64,000 nt of DNA from Callorhinchus milii (GCF_018977255.1 NW_024704742.1:103666001-103730000); one strand, 5' to 3'. Shown: positions 37,626 through 51,255, counted from the first letter of the stretch. The notes: generated from the sequence alone by a model not told the origin. Numbers and translations: made by a program.

Positions 37626-37825
37626 CAACAACAACAATTTGCACTTATATAGCGCCCTCCGCGCTGGGTGGCGTCTCAGAGCACTTAACAATGGTGGAGC
37701 CCAAGGCCGAGCCAGAGGGAGAGGAAGGTGACCGTAGAAGCGGTCGAAAAGGAAGGTCTTCAGGCGTGACCTGAAGATGGGGAAGGAGGGGGCAAAGCGA
37801 AGGGGCTGAGGGAGGCAGTTCCAAA
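37626..37825 (-). mobile_element. L2 3' end (type B)
   Basis: (CAA)n, agcgccctccgcgctgggtggcgtctcagagcact, cggtcgaaaaggaaggtcttcaggcg. Confidence 0.85.
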
Positions 37826-38399
37826 GTCATATGATTGCATACTTGTTGAAGGAAATTATGATGTTGCTCTTTAGATTTCAGCACTAATGTATCTGACATG
37901 TTGCAATCCAACGTAGTGCACTTACACTGCCAGCTAATGATAATATTTTCACCCTGTGTTTATCATGAGATTCTTCATGATATTCATGGCATGAAAAGTT
38001 TGCCATTATGCACACTATTATTCTGATTCATTGAAATTTTTGATTAAGTTAAGTGTACATCACAGGAGAACACAGTTATTTATACCTTTAGCAGGAGGCA
38101 CATTTTAGTAGAGGACACATTTTAAATAATTTTCAAATGATTTTCTGGGAGATACAATCCATCAAAATTAATCTTTCAATGAGATCACCAACCAGGTCAC
38201 TGCATGACTTGAAAGAGAGAGGCGAAAAAGAACTTTCACCAACAGTAGCTTATATTTACATAGCACTCTTCACACTGTGTAGAGTCTCGGAGCGCTGAAA
38301 CAATTTCTGATGCTGAGGAGAAAGGGGAGGTGACCATAAGCAATTTTGAAGAGCAAAGTCTTCAAGTCTGATTTGGGTCTACTTTCCAATTAGATCTTT

Positions 38400-38640
38400 T
38401 GAATGGTGAATGTATGGAACTCGCTACCCCAAAGGGCTGTTGACGCTCAGTCCTTGAACATATTCAAGACTGAGACAGATAGATTTCTTATTGCAAAAGG
38501 GATTAAGGGATATGGGGATAAGGCAGGGTTATGGTATTAGCTGGAGTTAGATTAGAAGATCAGCCATGATTGAATGGCGGGGAAGGCTCGAAGGGCCGAA
38601 TGGCCTACTCCTGCTCCTACATGTTATGTTATGTTATTAT
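38400..38640 (+). mobile_element. CR1 3' end
   Basis: VWNSLPQRAVDAQSLNIFKTE.DRFL; UTR gctcgaagggccgaatggcctactcctgctcct; (ATGTT)n tail. Confidence 0.88.
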
Positions 38641-38774
38641 GTTGCCTCATAAACAAAAATTACCATATGTGCTAGACAATTCTATTCTGCAAGCATTCAA
38701 CATGAGACACCAGTAAGGATTTAAGTAAATAGGTACAATTCTTCACGATTGCCAATTAGTATTCATTTATAACA

Positions 38775-39790
38775 ATACTTACATTCGATACTGCGACTTA
38801 CATATTGCGAAGAAGTCTCAAAGCGCTTCACAGGATTTATTGTGAAGCATAATGACTTGTAGGTGAACACGGAAGCCAATTTTCACACAGCAATGTCCCA
38901 CAAAACAGTCATGAAGCCATTATCAATTTTATTTGGTGGATTGTTGGCCAGGACACCAGGAGAAACTCCCTTCTCTTTTGTGCCATGGGATCTTTAATGT
39001 CCACTTGAAGGACAGCGTCTCCAACAATGCAGCAGAGACCCAACACTGTATTGAAGTGTCATTATAATTATAAGTCATATAATATACAATTATAATATAA
39101 TTATAAGGTAATGGTCGAAAGGTGATGTGACTGTAAAAGTCAGTACTTTTAGAAACTGAGTGAAGTTATCTCAGATTGGAGAGAGAACAGAGGAGGAGAT
39201 CTGTGGTCACCCTAAAGGGCTGACTTCTCTGACCGAAACCACAGAAACTCAAGATTGAGAACGACTCCTCGGAGGACGGGCAGGAGAGCTGAAGGAGGGA
39301 GAACACACGTACTCCGAGTTAAAACTCAGAGACCAGCGAGCAGGCAGTCTGTCCAGCTGATCACCCTGATCACTGGGTGACTCGGGAGAGCAGGAGGAGA
39401 GAGGCTGAGAACATTTGTCAAGACGATTACTCGACCGACCAGAGAAGGGCACCACACACAGTGCTGGAAAATCCTGCCAGAGTATCCTATCATGCTCCTG
39501 CCAAAGCGTCTGCTCGTTACCAATAGTATAGTGATACGCACACTCACAAATCCATACACTATATTATTATACTATGGGTCAGTCAATTGCCCATTCTCCT
39601 TGTTAAACGACAGCAAGTACATTACCCATAATCATATGAATCAACACTTATAATCATATCATACATAATCATTCATAATTAATCATTAATTACAATCCTA
39701 CACCCAGAGTCCAAAGTCTCAGTGTAGGACTTGAAACCACAACCTTTTGACTCAGAGATGAGAGTATTACTAACTGAGCCCAGCTGACAT
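38775..39790 (-). mobile_element. Older DeuSINE (family B) split by a ~630 bp insertion
   Basis: Tail and body at 38775-39060; head at 39695-39790 (acaaccttttgactcagagatgagagt...actgagcccagctgaca). Confidence 0.8.
39061..39694. mobile_element. Unclassified insertion, solo-LTR-like
   Basis: Interrupts a SINE. Purine- and CpG-rich core with AT-rich ends; possible TGTCATTA...TAATTACA termini; no TSD seen. Confidence 0.5.
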
Positions 39791-39800
39791 ATAAATTTTG

Positions 39801-40051
39801 TAACAATAATAATAATAATCCTTGCATTTTGATATAGCGCTTTTCATGTCTTCTAGATGTCTCAAAGTGCTCACAGAATAGACTGTAAAGTGAATTGACT
39901 GTATTTGTGGCGAAACGCGGCAGCCAATTGCGCACAGCAGTGTCCCACAAACAGTCGTGGATTGAAAATGACCAATTTATTATTGTATTTTTTTGGAGGG
40001 ATTATTATCAGGCATGTGGAGTAAGAAAACTTGCCCAAGGTTTCACCCTGC
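39801..40051 (-). mobile_element. SINE family A lacking the tRNA head
   Basis: Tail, Deu-like block and acttgcccaaggtttc. Confidence 0.88.
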
Positions 40052-40773
40052 ATACTGACCAAAATGGTAAAAACATTGTTTTAAGAGAAATATTCAATTT
40101 ATAGTTTCAATGTATGAACTTTCAGAGCGTGTATTTGCTTTTATACTTACAAACTCTGAGCAATAAAGCTATGCCTCCTGTATTTTTGTAACACTCACAT
40201 ACTTGCTAATTTTATATACTGCCTTCTTATCCAATACTGCAGGATTTTCTTTGTATCTTCAAGGATTTCTACAGAATACAGTATATTCTGTGAAGTGCTT
40301 TGAGACGTCTCAATGACGTGATAAGGCACTATCTCAAATGCAAGGATTATTATTATTAAAGCATAAACACTGGCATAGACCAGTTGGGCCAAATGGTCTG
40401 TTTCTGTGCTGTATATTCTATATAATTACTTTATCTCTGGCTAAATATTAAAATTACATATCATGTAGATACACTAATAGTTGCCTGACCTTTGGTATGT
40501 CAGTCTTGCTTCACCCATTAATGTACAAAGCATAAGTTTGTGCAATTAATGCTATGAATTAAAAATCTTCTCAATGCATCACTGACTGTCCAGTGAAATG
40601 AAATACATTCAAAAAGCTAATTTACTTTATCCTATCATATAAATCCAGAAAGCAGACCACTGGTATCTCTGCATTGAAATCCCAGCAGAGATAATTGGAA
40701 GCACACTCAACTGTTTCTAATACTTTACGCTGCATCTTGTGCAGTTTAAACATCTTCACGGACATGGCATCCG

Positions 40774-40914
40774 CCTCTCCTCCATCTCCCCTTCTCTTTC
40801 CCCCTCCCCCCTCTTTCTCTCCCCCTCCTCTCTCTCTCCCCCTCCTCTCTCTCCCACCTCTCTCCACTCCCCTCTCCCCCTCTTCTGTCTCCCCCTCTCT
40901 CTCTCCTCTCCTCT
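40774..40914. repeat. ~140 bp polypyrimidine/polypurine (CT-rich) low-complexity tract
   Basis: Almost exclusively C/T on the + strand. Confidence 0.9.
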
Positions 40915-41849
40915 GCAATGGTTGGTTGCTAAAGTTGCTAAAGGTTGGACCGACCTGAGGTAGGGAATTCAAAAAAAATCTGAAATTCTTTGGTGTATTC
41001 TATGCTTGAAATCTCCTATAGATGTTGATCCTGAATATAACACAATTGTAATCTATAATCTATATAATATATGCAACAGAATACAATCATATAGGTTTCA
41101 CATGCTTATCCCTCCCTCTTGCTATTTACTCTGCATAGCTGTCCAGAGTTAAATGTTGGTGAGCAGATCAGTAACATAAGCACTCAAAACAGCCATAGAT
41201 ATTGTTGTCTGATCATAATGGTTGTTTGATAGCTGGGGGCTTCCTTACCTCCTTACGTCTTAGCAGTACCTTCTTTAATAAGACAATATTAAAGAAAAAA
41301 ACTGTGAAGACATTAGTTCACTATCAACTCATTACCACATTTGAATTTGATCAGCATTACCATGCGCCAGCTGTAATCTAGCAGTGTGTGGAGTTCTGCA
41401 GGGTTTGTCACTGAACACAGAAACATCCTGATGACATCATTGATATCAGAGATAAATTGTAACAAAAGAGCTGTTTGACTCTTAATCTTATTTTATTTAA
41501 AAAAGAACATTTTTAGTATCCTTTGACCGGTTACAATGCAGGGTTTGTGTGTCGATTCCATGTGAAATCAGTTGAAGATCTGAAGTGTGACTCCAGTTTT
41601 GCACCAGTGATCTCAGATGAACCTGACTTTACAGAAGTGATGTGAGATTGCCTCGGACAGAATCATTTCATATCACTCTAACTGCAATCTAACTGAAGCC
41701 ATTAAAAAAGTTTTTAAATGGTTTACAACGATCCCAGGCAGTCGGGGGGGAAAAATCTCCTTTCAGCACTGACATAAAAAAATTTCTATCAACATTTTAA
41801 ACATTGATCAATAAAGTATTGCATATGGACACTGCTTTACTCCATAGAA

Positions 41850-42887
41850 TTCCCCCAACCCTTGATGTGCCTTACCCTCCCAGTCTGTATTGAATTACTG
41901 CAGGTATGTCTGGCTTCTCCAAATGTGTGTCATCAGAGGTATCTTTGCAGGACTGGTCGAGGTCAGCTTCTGATTACATTTCATATTTTCCTGGGAAGAT
42001 GTTCACTTCTCTGGAAGCAAAAGACCAAAAGAAAAGGCTACAGCCTCCCTCAGACAGGTTGAGAAGCACGCAGGTTGGAGAAGGCTGCCAAAGCAAAAGT
42101 TCTCTTTCTCCCTATCAGTTCTTTTCTCATGCGAAACCAACCTGCTGAAGATCACTAAAAGCTTGAGGAGCGTGGGGACTTAGTCCATTTTCTTTCAGAG
42201 GAAATACTAGAGACAAAGAAACCATCTTGTAAAAGATGAAGTAGGTCTGCTTCATGTCCCCCAGCCTGCTTCACGTCCCAACTTTGGCAGGTGGGCCTTC
42301 TGCCACCTGACCCCCAGCTCGGGTCGGAACCACTGACTATCCAGTGCCTTAAGTCGTCCTCCCGACGTGAAAGGCGCTATACAAATGTAATTTTGTTGTT
42401 GTTGTAGGTGAAAGGTCATCTACCAACTGGATAAAGAGAGATCGATTCAGGAAGAGAATCTAAAGAGACAGGGAGTTGGAACTTGGAGTCGTGAACTATA
42501 TTCCAGCTTCTAAAGAAGGAAAATCAAGACTAAGACTTAGACGACTGTCAACAACTTTATCGATGCTCTCAAACAGGCAACAGTAACAGTAAGTACCTGG
42601 ATACCTTTTCATTGATCGAACGGGCAGCAATGCAGCAGTACCTGAATACATTTTGGTGGACATTAAATTGGACATTAAATTGGACCTTCATCCTCGAGCT
42701 CTTTCGCAACATTCGGTTTGGCCAACCTTAATCGTTGTGAACTGTACGTGTATACATAAGCATTATTCTGTTGTATTCTTTTAACTACCTATAACCATTA
42801 TTAATCTGAATTAATAAACACCTATATTTTTATATATATTTTATAAAATAAGATTTTATATTATTTGTCAGTCTTTACTTCACCACA
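41850..42887 (+). mobile_element. Possible solo LTR, interrupted by an L2 tail (~42245-42405)
   Basis: Purine-rich body, AATAAA near 42813, ends ...ttcaccaca. The 5' boundary is uncertain. Confidence 0.3.
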
Positions 42888-45266
42888 GGTTTAAAATGGA
42901 CATCTTACAAAATTGCCCAGAGAAAATTGCTCATTCGCTTAATGGTTGCTTGTGGGTCACTGCTGTCATTGGCTGCTGTGTTTCGTCCACAAATATACAG
43001 TCAAATCACATTACAGTGTATTCTATGAAGCGCTTTGAGACATCTGGAAGACGTGAAAAGCACTATATCAAATGCAAGGATTATTATTATATTATTATTT
43101 GAAGTCCTTCTGCTGTGAAACAACAATTTGCATTTATATAGCACCTTTCCCACAGGATAGTGTCTCAGAGGGCTGAAAGGGGTTATATCAAATGCAAGGT
43201 TTATCATTATAAGCTTCTATACTCAGACTTAATATTGACGTGTCACACAAGGGAAATAACAACAAGATTAAATTTCACGTCGGGAGGACGTCCCAAGGCA
43301 CTGAAATAATATGGTTAATGTCAGCAAAGTTATGCGCAAGCAGATGTTTTGCAAGTTTTGTAATTTTTTTTATCTCTATCAAGGCTTCTTGTAGTGGTGA
43401 TTCTGAAGCCTGTGTGTGGGAGGGTAGAAACATGGTTATTTAATAGTCTTGTTGCTGTGGTGCTATAATTTTTCTCTGAAGAAGGTCACTATTTGAATTT
43501 TCATTAAGTTAAATGGCCTTACCCACGTTCACTGGTTTAATGTAATCATATTACACAGTAAATTTAAGATGAGGCATTAATTGTAATGGGTATCATTATT
43601 CTACAGACACTAAGTGTGCCCTGCATGGAAAAACAGAAAAAAATGTGAGTGAATGGGACAAAGAGGAAAGATTTTCCTGGAAGCACAAAATGACATATAT
43701 TACATTACCTCTGTTCTTCAAGAATAGAAGATACTCCTATTAATAGGAAAGCTATTGAAGTGTCTAGACAAAGAAATCCCACTATTTCACTAATGAAATA
43801 AATCTTTACAATATAGAAGGTCAAAACCACATGAATATAAGGAATTACTATGTATGGATTTCTGTGTAAACTTTGAAGCAATTCCTATTGCAAGAATAGC
43901 CTATAATTTTGTCAGTGCAGGCAATCACCACACCATATAGGATCTTACAGATAATGTGTTATTTTTTATTTGTTGCGGTCTTAATTTTTCTCTTCCTCTA
44001 TTCGTTTTACATCATCATCATCCAAAAACGAGTTTATAATCCAGGCTGCATTGTGAAAGGTGTAGTCATTTGAATAAGATATTAAACCAATGGCTCCTCT
44101 GAGTGTTCAGGTGGATGCTGAACATTCCTTTGCACCATTTAAAGTGTAGCAGAGCATTCTCCCAGCGCACTGCCCAATATTTGTCCCTCATCCAAAACAA
44201 CAGATTTGAGAATTGTTATTTCATTATGGCTTTCGGGACATAATTGGTGCTAATTTGTTGCAGTTTGTCTGTACCAGTCACTACACTTCACAAGATTACA
44301 AGGTTACAAGATTGGTCTGATTAGAAGAAGGCCCTGTCTAATTGCTGGCATACCTCATTCCTCTAACAGTGGGGATCATCCTCATTGCTCTCCTCTGCAC
44401 TGCCCCTTATGTCGCAGTGACCAAAACTGTATGCAGTATTCAAGGGTTCCCCATTTTTGTACGCTCCCACATATTGCACACTATTCCTGTTGCTCCCCTC
44501 AAGCACTCCGAGACTCTACCCCACGTGAAGGGCACTATAAAAATGCAAATTGTTGTTTTTGTTGCTTAGACTTTTGACATTATCATTATGTAAAGTACAT
44601 TTAGAACTTTTCTGGCAACTCAATTCCTTAAGCCTCCCCTCACATGATCTGTAGTAAGCATTTATAAATACAGCACAGCTTCATCTAAACACAAACACAC
44701 CCTATTTGGCTTATTATTATTATTATTATTATTAATGTTGAAGTACTTTCCTTTCGCTGTCTTTGCACCAATGTAGAATGTTATTTTCAACGCCGCTGGT
44801 TCAGAAACGGTGTAGATGTAAAACTTCACTCCAGTTTAAATGAGTTGTTAATGGTACAACTGGCGTGAATGAAGCATTTTGTTTCAGTGCAATAGTCTTG
44901 GCAAATGAGTTCCGGCCATTAGACCATCTGATTAGATTATTGAGAAAATCCCTACCCCAGCATATGTGCCCTTCCCAAACTCCAGCTAAGGAGAATGGAT
45001 AACTGCATCACACATCACAGTACATCACAATAAGGTTGATACTCTAAAGACCAAATGAATCTCTCAGGAAAATGACTCATGCTTCTATTTTGCAGCACTA
45101 AAAGCTTTGGGCGTTTAATTTCCTTTGCACTATAGGTGTTCATATGCAATTAACATTAGCCAACCGAGAATCTATTAAGTCAGATCTGAATACAGTAGCG
45201 AGAAAGTAAAAAGAACTTGCATTTTAAACAATCTATAACTTAAGAAACATCTCAAAGCACTTCAAA

Positions 45267-45648
45267 GTGGAGTCCTGCAGCTTAGTGCTTAGTCTGCTCG
45301 CCTCGCATGCGAGAGGATCAGCGTTCGATTCCTGGGCAGAGCAAAACCTTAGGCAAGTTTCCTTACTCCACTCGCCTCTGTTTGCATAGCAATAAATAAG
45401 AACCCAGTTGTTAGACAGTTAGCAGATCGCTTTTGTGGGGGTAATAATCCCTTCACATAAACAAATAATAAAAATTATTTGGTCACTCAATCCACGACTG
45501 ATTCTGGGATACTGCTGTGCACAATTGGCTACCACATTTCGTCCGTAAAAATACAGTCAATCCACTTTACAATATATTCTGTGAAGCGCTTTGAGACGTC
45601 TCCAAAACGTGATAAGGCACTATATCAAATGCAAGGATTATTATTATT
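45267..45648 (+). mobile_element. SINE family A, long form
   Basis: Head, accttaggcaagtttccttactccactcgcctctgtttgcatagc, Deu-like block and tail. Confidence 0.88.
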
Positions 45649-46539
45649 CTAATTCTTATTTCAAGCTGCTTGATATGAGAATAAGGCATTCAATAAACAG
45701 AGCGATAATCTGACCTTCTGCGAATTTTCATTCAAACTATAATAATCCTTGCATAACTACTAAGAAATAAAAGCAGTATTGGTATTGACACACTTTGATA
45801 ACTTCTTAAATGGGCAAAGTAAAAATATTGAGGAAGTTAAATCCTTTCTGAGGCTCTTTTTGTTGCTAAAACTATTTTGCCAAACTAACAAACACACACA
45901 CACATATACACACGTACATCTGCTTTAGCAAACGTGTCTCATTTATCTTATCTATGAATAGCACCAATTTCAGTGTAGTGTCTGGAGAGTTGGCTTAGCA
46001 AGGTCTGAGCTTTGTGTGATTACTTATATTGTTACTTACCCATGAAGCCTTTAATTCATCATGTTCCAAAAAAGCCCACCAATGGAGCTAATGGTACACA
46101 CAGATCCTAAACTCCTTCAATCTGTTTCTCTGCTCATGGCAGTAAGCTCACAAAATCACAAGATCAGTTTGTATAAAGAAGGTCCTTTGATTTCATCTTT
46201 CCAGAATACCCATCCTACCCTCCTCCAATTTCAACATCAAGCTGTCTATTTTAAATTAGTCCATTGCCCTGTCCTCAACCCATTCCAGTCATTAATTATC
46301 ATCTGCATAAAGAAATATTTCCTGGAGTCTGGCCTAAAATTACTATTTGTAACCTTTTGGACAATAGTTATTGCAGATAGTGAGATGTGACAGCAGAACC
46401 ATTGCCCAGCTTGTTGTCTGATGTTATATTTCTCACCTTTGAATGCAAAGATTATTGTAACCCAGAACTTTTTAATTAAAAATTAAGATAATAAAAGATG
46501 ACAATCACAAAATAATTTTAAATCACAACCCAACTCTAC

Positions 46540-47245
46540 AACAACTACAAATTGCATTTAAGCTGCTGAGTGGAGGGAGCAGGTGGGTTGGTAGAGTTTA
46601 AGAAGGTTGCAGAGGTGGGGCAGGGCAAGATTGTGGAGAGATTGAAAAATGAGTACAAGGATCTTGAACTCAGTCCTCTGGGGGAGGGGAGCAAGTGAAG
46701 TTTGGTAAAGATATAGGTGATAGACTCGCAGAGCCTAGTGCAAGAGAAGACATAAAATGCAGAGCTCTGAGTGGCCTGCAGCTTATAGAAGGAAGAGTTG
46801 AGAAGTCTGAGGAGCAGGGAGTTGGCTTAGTCTAGCCTAGGCATGATGAAAGCACGGATAAGCGTCTTGGTAGCCCAAAGGAGAGGTAGTGGCGGAGATG
46901 GGCAATGTCGCAGAAGTGGGGAAAGCTGAACTAGTCAGACCAGGGATGTGGTGTTTAAGAGTCGAACAATATATCGAGATTCCACACTGGCTAGCAAGGT
47001 GGAGTGTGCATCCATGTAGATTGATGCTGTCAGAAACTGAGGTGTGAAGACACTGACAGGAGCCAAACAGGAGCGCCTTGGTCTTGTCAACATTTAACTG
47101 GAAAAAGTTAGCTCTCATCCGTGACTTAATTATCCAACAGTCAATCAATCAGAATAGCAGCGATCTGAAAACCAAGGATGGAGGTAGAGAAATAGAATTG
47201 GGTGTCATCCACATACACGTTGAAGTTAATTCTATGCCTGCGGAT
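46540..47245 (-). mobile_element. Old L2 fragment with internal deletion
   Basis: IKSRMRANFFQLNVDKTKALLFGS; minus strand gives YVDDTQF (YADD-like). Confidence 0.85.
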
Positions 47246-48367
47246 GAAATTAGTAGTCGAAGCTATAAGAGCATTGGAAAAAAATCCCAGATGGTACAAA
47301 ATCTTTAGTCATTCTTCTGACACAGATCTTAAATGTCCTTAAGTTTTAGCACCTGCTTTCAATTCTTAATTATTGTTTGGAATGCTGTAAACACAAAATA
47401 CTGCTGACAAACAGCAGAGCAATGTCACAACTCCAAAAAGGAAAAGTGGCTGAATGCTTAAGCAGCATTTAAGCAGCTCTGGTCTCTGAGTCAATAATTT
47501 GTGAGTTCAAGCCCCATGTCCAGACATTGAAGATGCCATCTTGACTGACACTCCAATACATGTGCAAAACCTCATGTACAAAAACACAACAACAATTTGC
47601 ATTCATACAGCAGTCTGCACCAGGACAGCATCTCAGAACACTGCAAAGAGCCAATACACTTTGCACTGTGAAGAGTTTTAAGATGCTTTGATGGCAGGAC
47701 GACTTTCATGTCGTCAACTGTTCATATGTTGAGTACTTTTTCAAATACAAAGCCACACAGGTGGCTGTTAACCACAGCTGATAAACATTGCCTCTGTCAG
47801 TGTGGTTCATAGCGGAATAGGGAAATCCCCATTTTAAGTGCAAGGAACCAAAGATTGGCAAATTTACCGGCAAGTGGAGGTCGACCCCATTAGTTCTGCT
47901 GTAAAAAGCTGCAGTAACATTACTCTTTTGAGGGTGTTAATACAAGTTGTATCTTACGCTGCTCACGGAAAATAGAATAATTTTCTCTTCCTTTAAACAA
48001 TGGGATTTCCCACAATAAAGCCCCAACAAAAAAAATCACCATTTTCCGGCAATGAGCATAATTTAAATCCCGAAATAGAAAAAGCAGCATCCAGAGACTG
48101 AAGATAATGACGGTCAGGAAGATGGATAGTGCACACACAAGAGGAGTTTCCGGAAAATAAATTGATGACTGCTATTTGCAACACAACACATAAGTGCCAC
48201 AAGCGCCAGTTTAGCTCTGTTGCCCACAGCACCAATTGTTTATCCTCGATATCCTCGCAAGAATTTACATACTTTGAGGTAGTTTTAAATTTCGCTTTAT
48301 TGAGGACGAGTCCAGTTTCCCTGTGTGTTCATATGTTGCGTACATTCCATTCCAACAATTTATCTTT

Positions 48368-48692
48368 GTGGAGTCCTGTAGCTCAGTGGTTAGAGCACTC
48401 GCTTTGCAAGTGAGAGACCTGAGTTCAATTCCAGGCAGAGGGCGAAACCTTGGGCAAGTTTCCTTACTCCACACAGAGCCTAATAATAATCCCTCCAAAA
48501 CCCCAAACAATAATAAATTGGTCATTTTCAATCCATGACTGTTTGTGGGACATTGCTGTGCGCAATTGGCTGCCGCGTTCGCCCACAAATATACAGTCAA
48601 TTCGCTTTAGATTGTGTTCTGTGAAGCGCTTTGGGACGTCCTCCTGACGTGAAAAGTGCTATATCAAATGCAAGGATTATTATTATTATTAT
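48368..48692 (+). mobile_element. SINE family A, young full-length short form
   Basis: Near-identical to 18357 and 35703. Confidence 0.95.
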
Positions 48693-51212
48693 CTCTGGGA
48701 TTTCCATGTGTAGCTGGAATGCATGGAAATCTCAGTTGGGTTCGGATCCACTCGTGTCAGACACCCGCTGACCAAAAAAAAAGTAGTACATGTGATGATG
48801 TTATGTGATTGACATTCACATCAGCATTTCACACACATCTGGCAGCTACCTTCATTATCTCATTTCACTAGTGCTCTTGTGAGGCTTAAGCCATTGAGCA
48901 TCAACTAACTAGTCTGTCAGCCAGATGTACTTCATAGCAGGGAATAACAGTAAAATGAATCGAAGCACTGCAAATGGCAGCTATTAACCACTCAAGTCAA
49001 AGATTTATCCCCCATTAAACTGAGAAGCGTGAACAAAATGGGAGCGAGCCAATATGTTTCAACTGTCCTACATCTTAAAATCTAATTAGGATGACTGAAG
49101 CACATTTTGATAAGCCAAACCCAAAAGGAAATCATTGGTGAACTAGCGGGAATGGAACAAAATCCAGAACTACTCAGCAACAGCTGCTGTGCATGTATTG
49201 TTCAAGGTAACCTTGGGGAATCCCTTTAATCAGCAGCTTATGCCTCGCAGGCAGTGGCAACTCTCTTTACAGTGCGGGAAAAAGCCCATGTATTATTATA
49301 ACTGGCAGATCATCTCTTTAAGCTCGGGAGAACCTATTTCTCACGAGCAAGTGAGAGATTTTCCTCCAGCCAGTGGCCTTCCCACGCACCGTTGACATTA
49401 TTACAGGCTGCAAGCTGACATCTGCATTCTATAGTTCAGCTATAATGAAGCAATTCTCAACACCACTGATGAATGCTGTGACATCTTTAGGAATACGTTC
49501 ATTTGCTGACCAGCAACTTACAGTTGCTATGACAGCATTGCATTTGCGTCTGAATATTAAACCTCCCACAGTGGGTCGCTTCTATGCCAGCTGAATAAGA
49601 CAGCTCTGTTGGAATTATTTATAAACAGGGACCTATTCAGAGGGTTCACAACTCATCCTATTTTCTACTGTCCTCGTTTCATTAATGTTTGATGTTTAAC
49701 ATACATTATTATTCTGAATGATTCCACTGCAAGTCAGCAAGCATTCCTGATCAATTTTAAGTGCTTGACTGACCCTTGGTCGTAAACGAATTCAAGCAAT
49801 AATTAAGATGGAAAACTGAAGACCCTGGCAAGGAAAGAGTTAAATATGCAGCAATTAATATTTTTAAAAAATAAGTTTCACCTCAGGCTGACCTGATGTG
49901 TGTCAGGGAAGCCAGAGACACCTGTCTCTGTGAACATTGAAAGAACACTTAAATATTGGAGATCTGAGCTTGATCCGTATTTCCTGGGGGAGCGTTGTAA
50001 ACAGTTCAATTTTCCTGCCCTAATTTCTGACCTTCATGATCAATAGAGCAGGAGAGCTGTTCAAAATTCATGGTAAAAGTCTGATGGTTGTCTCGTTTCA
50101 TCCAGACATCCTTATTAATCTACTGCGACCAACAGCAGCTTCAAATATCCAGCCATTAAATAGTAGAATAGATTTATGGCTTCATAGTTAGTTACTGATA
50201 TTTACCAGAAACAATTGTCAGCATGCCAACTCCTCATGGGAGTTAAATATGTAGTAATCTGATGGGAATATGAAATCCCACCTTTAATTTTACAGCTATT
50301 TAATCTGTACGGTTTCTAGCATTATTGTAACAGAAAGAATATTGATAGCAATGTAAAAATAATGCATTTGTTGAAGTTGAAATCTCCAAAAATAATCAAA
50401 AAACCTTTGAAACGGTACCTTATTCACATTCCAAGTCCAGCAGTCTGCTTCCTTCCGCTTATTCTCTAGATACTGTCACTGGTAAATTGTGTCCAATATT
50501 AAATAAAACCCTTTCATAGCAACACCATTTTTGTAATCATTTTCACAGATTTGATGCTATATTTGCAAGAAAATTGGGAGAGTGTCATTCTCTGTATAGA
50601 TACAAGTGGAAAAGGATCTCAACCCCCCACCCCCACCACCACTAACACAGCCATGGATTTATTCCTGTGAGCAAAGCTATAAATTTCCTGCACAGGTAAT
50701 AAGAAGGAAATATACGTTTAAATTATGTTACTGACAGTGACTCGCGCACATTTCCCTTGCATTTTTTTCCTCTCGTTTCAAATGTTTCCGGTATTTTAGT
50801 TCCTATTTTAAGATGCATTCACAGCTCTACTGCTGATGGGATGTGATCAGGAGTCCACTGGTTTTCAGTTTTAAAATGTTTAGACAAATTATAAATGACT
50901 GTGAGGTGGATAGAAACGGTTTAGTTTTAAGACTTGCCGTATCTCCCTGACGTTGTTTTTGTCTCCCCAAACCCAAGCGAAGGAATCCCAGCGAACATAC
51001 TAAAGCAGAGGTAGAAGAGAACAACACATTGAATTTATACAGTGGCCATCATGCAGGGTAGCATCTCAGAGCGCTTAAAATATGGATATTGAGGACTAAC
51101 ATATGGACACTGAAACAAGTAAACTCCTGATAACTCGAACTGGTTTATCTTGTCACTACCACTTAAGTCATCATTCTGTCAATTTCCTTGCTGCATTTAT
51201 TTATGCATGACA

Positions 51213-51255
51213 TTATTTATTTATTTATTTATTTGTTTGTTTGTTTGTTTGTTTA
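51213..51255. repeat. (TTTA)n/(TTTG)n microsatellite
   Basis: ttatttatttatttatttatttgtttgtttgtttgtttgttt. Confidence 0.85.

Noticed and set aside
48695..48735. Small hairpin ctgggatttccatg...catggaaatctcag
   Set aside because: A ~14-16 bp stem is too short for a pre-miRNA and there is no other support.
51115..51152. caagtaaactcctgataactcgaac, resembling a Tc1/mariner-Tigger TIR
   Set aside because: No partner TIR or transposase sequence found.
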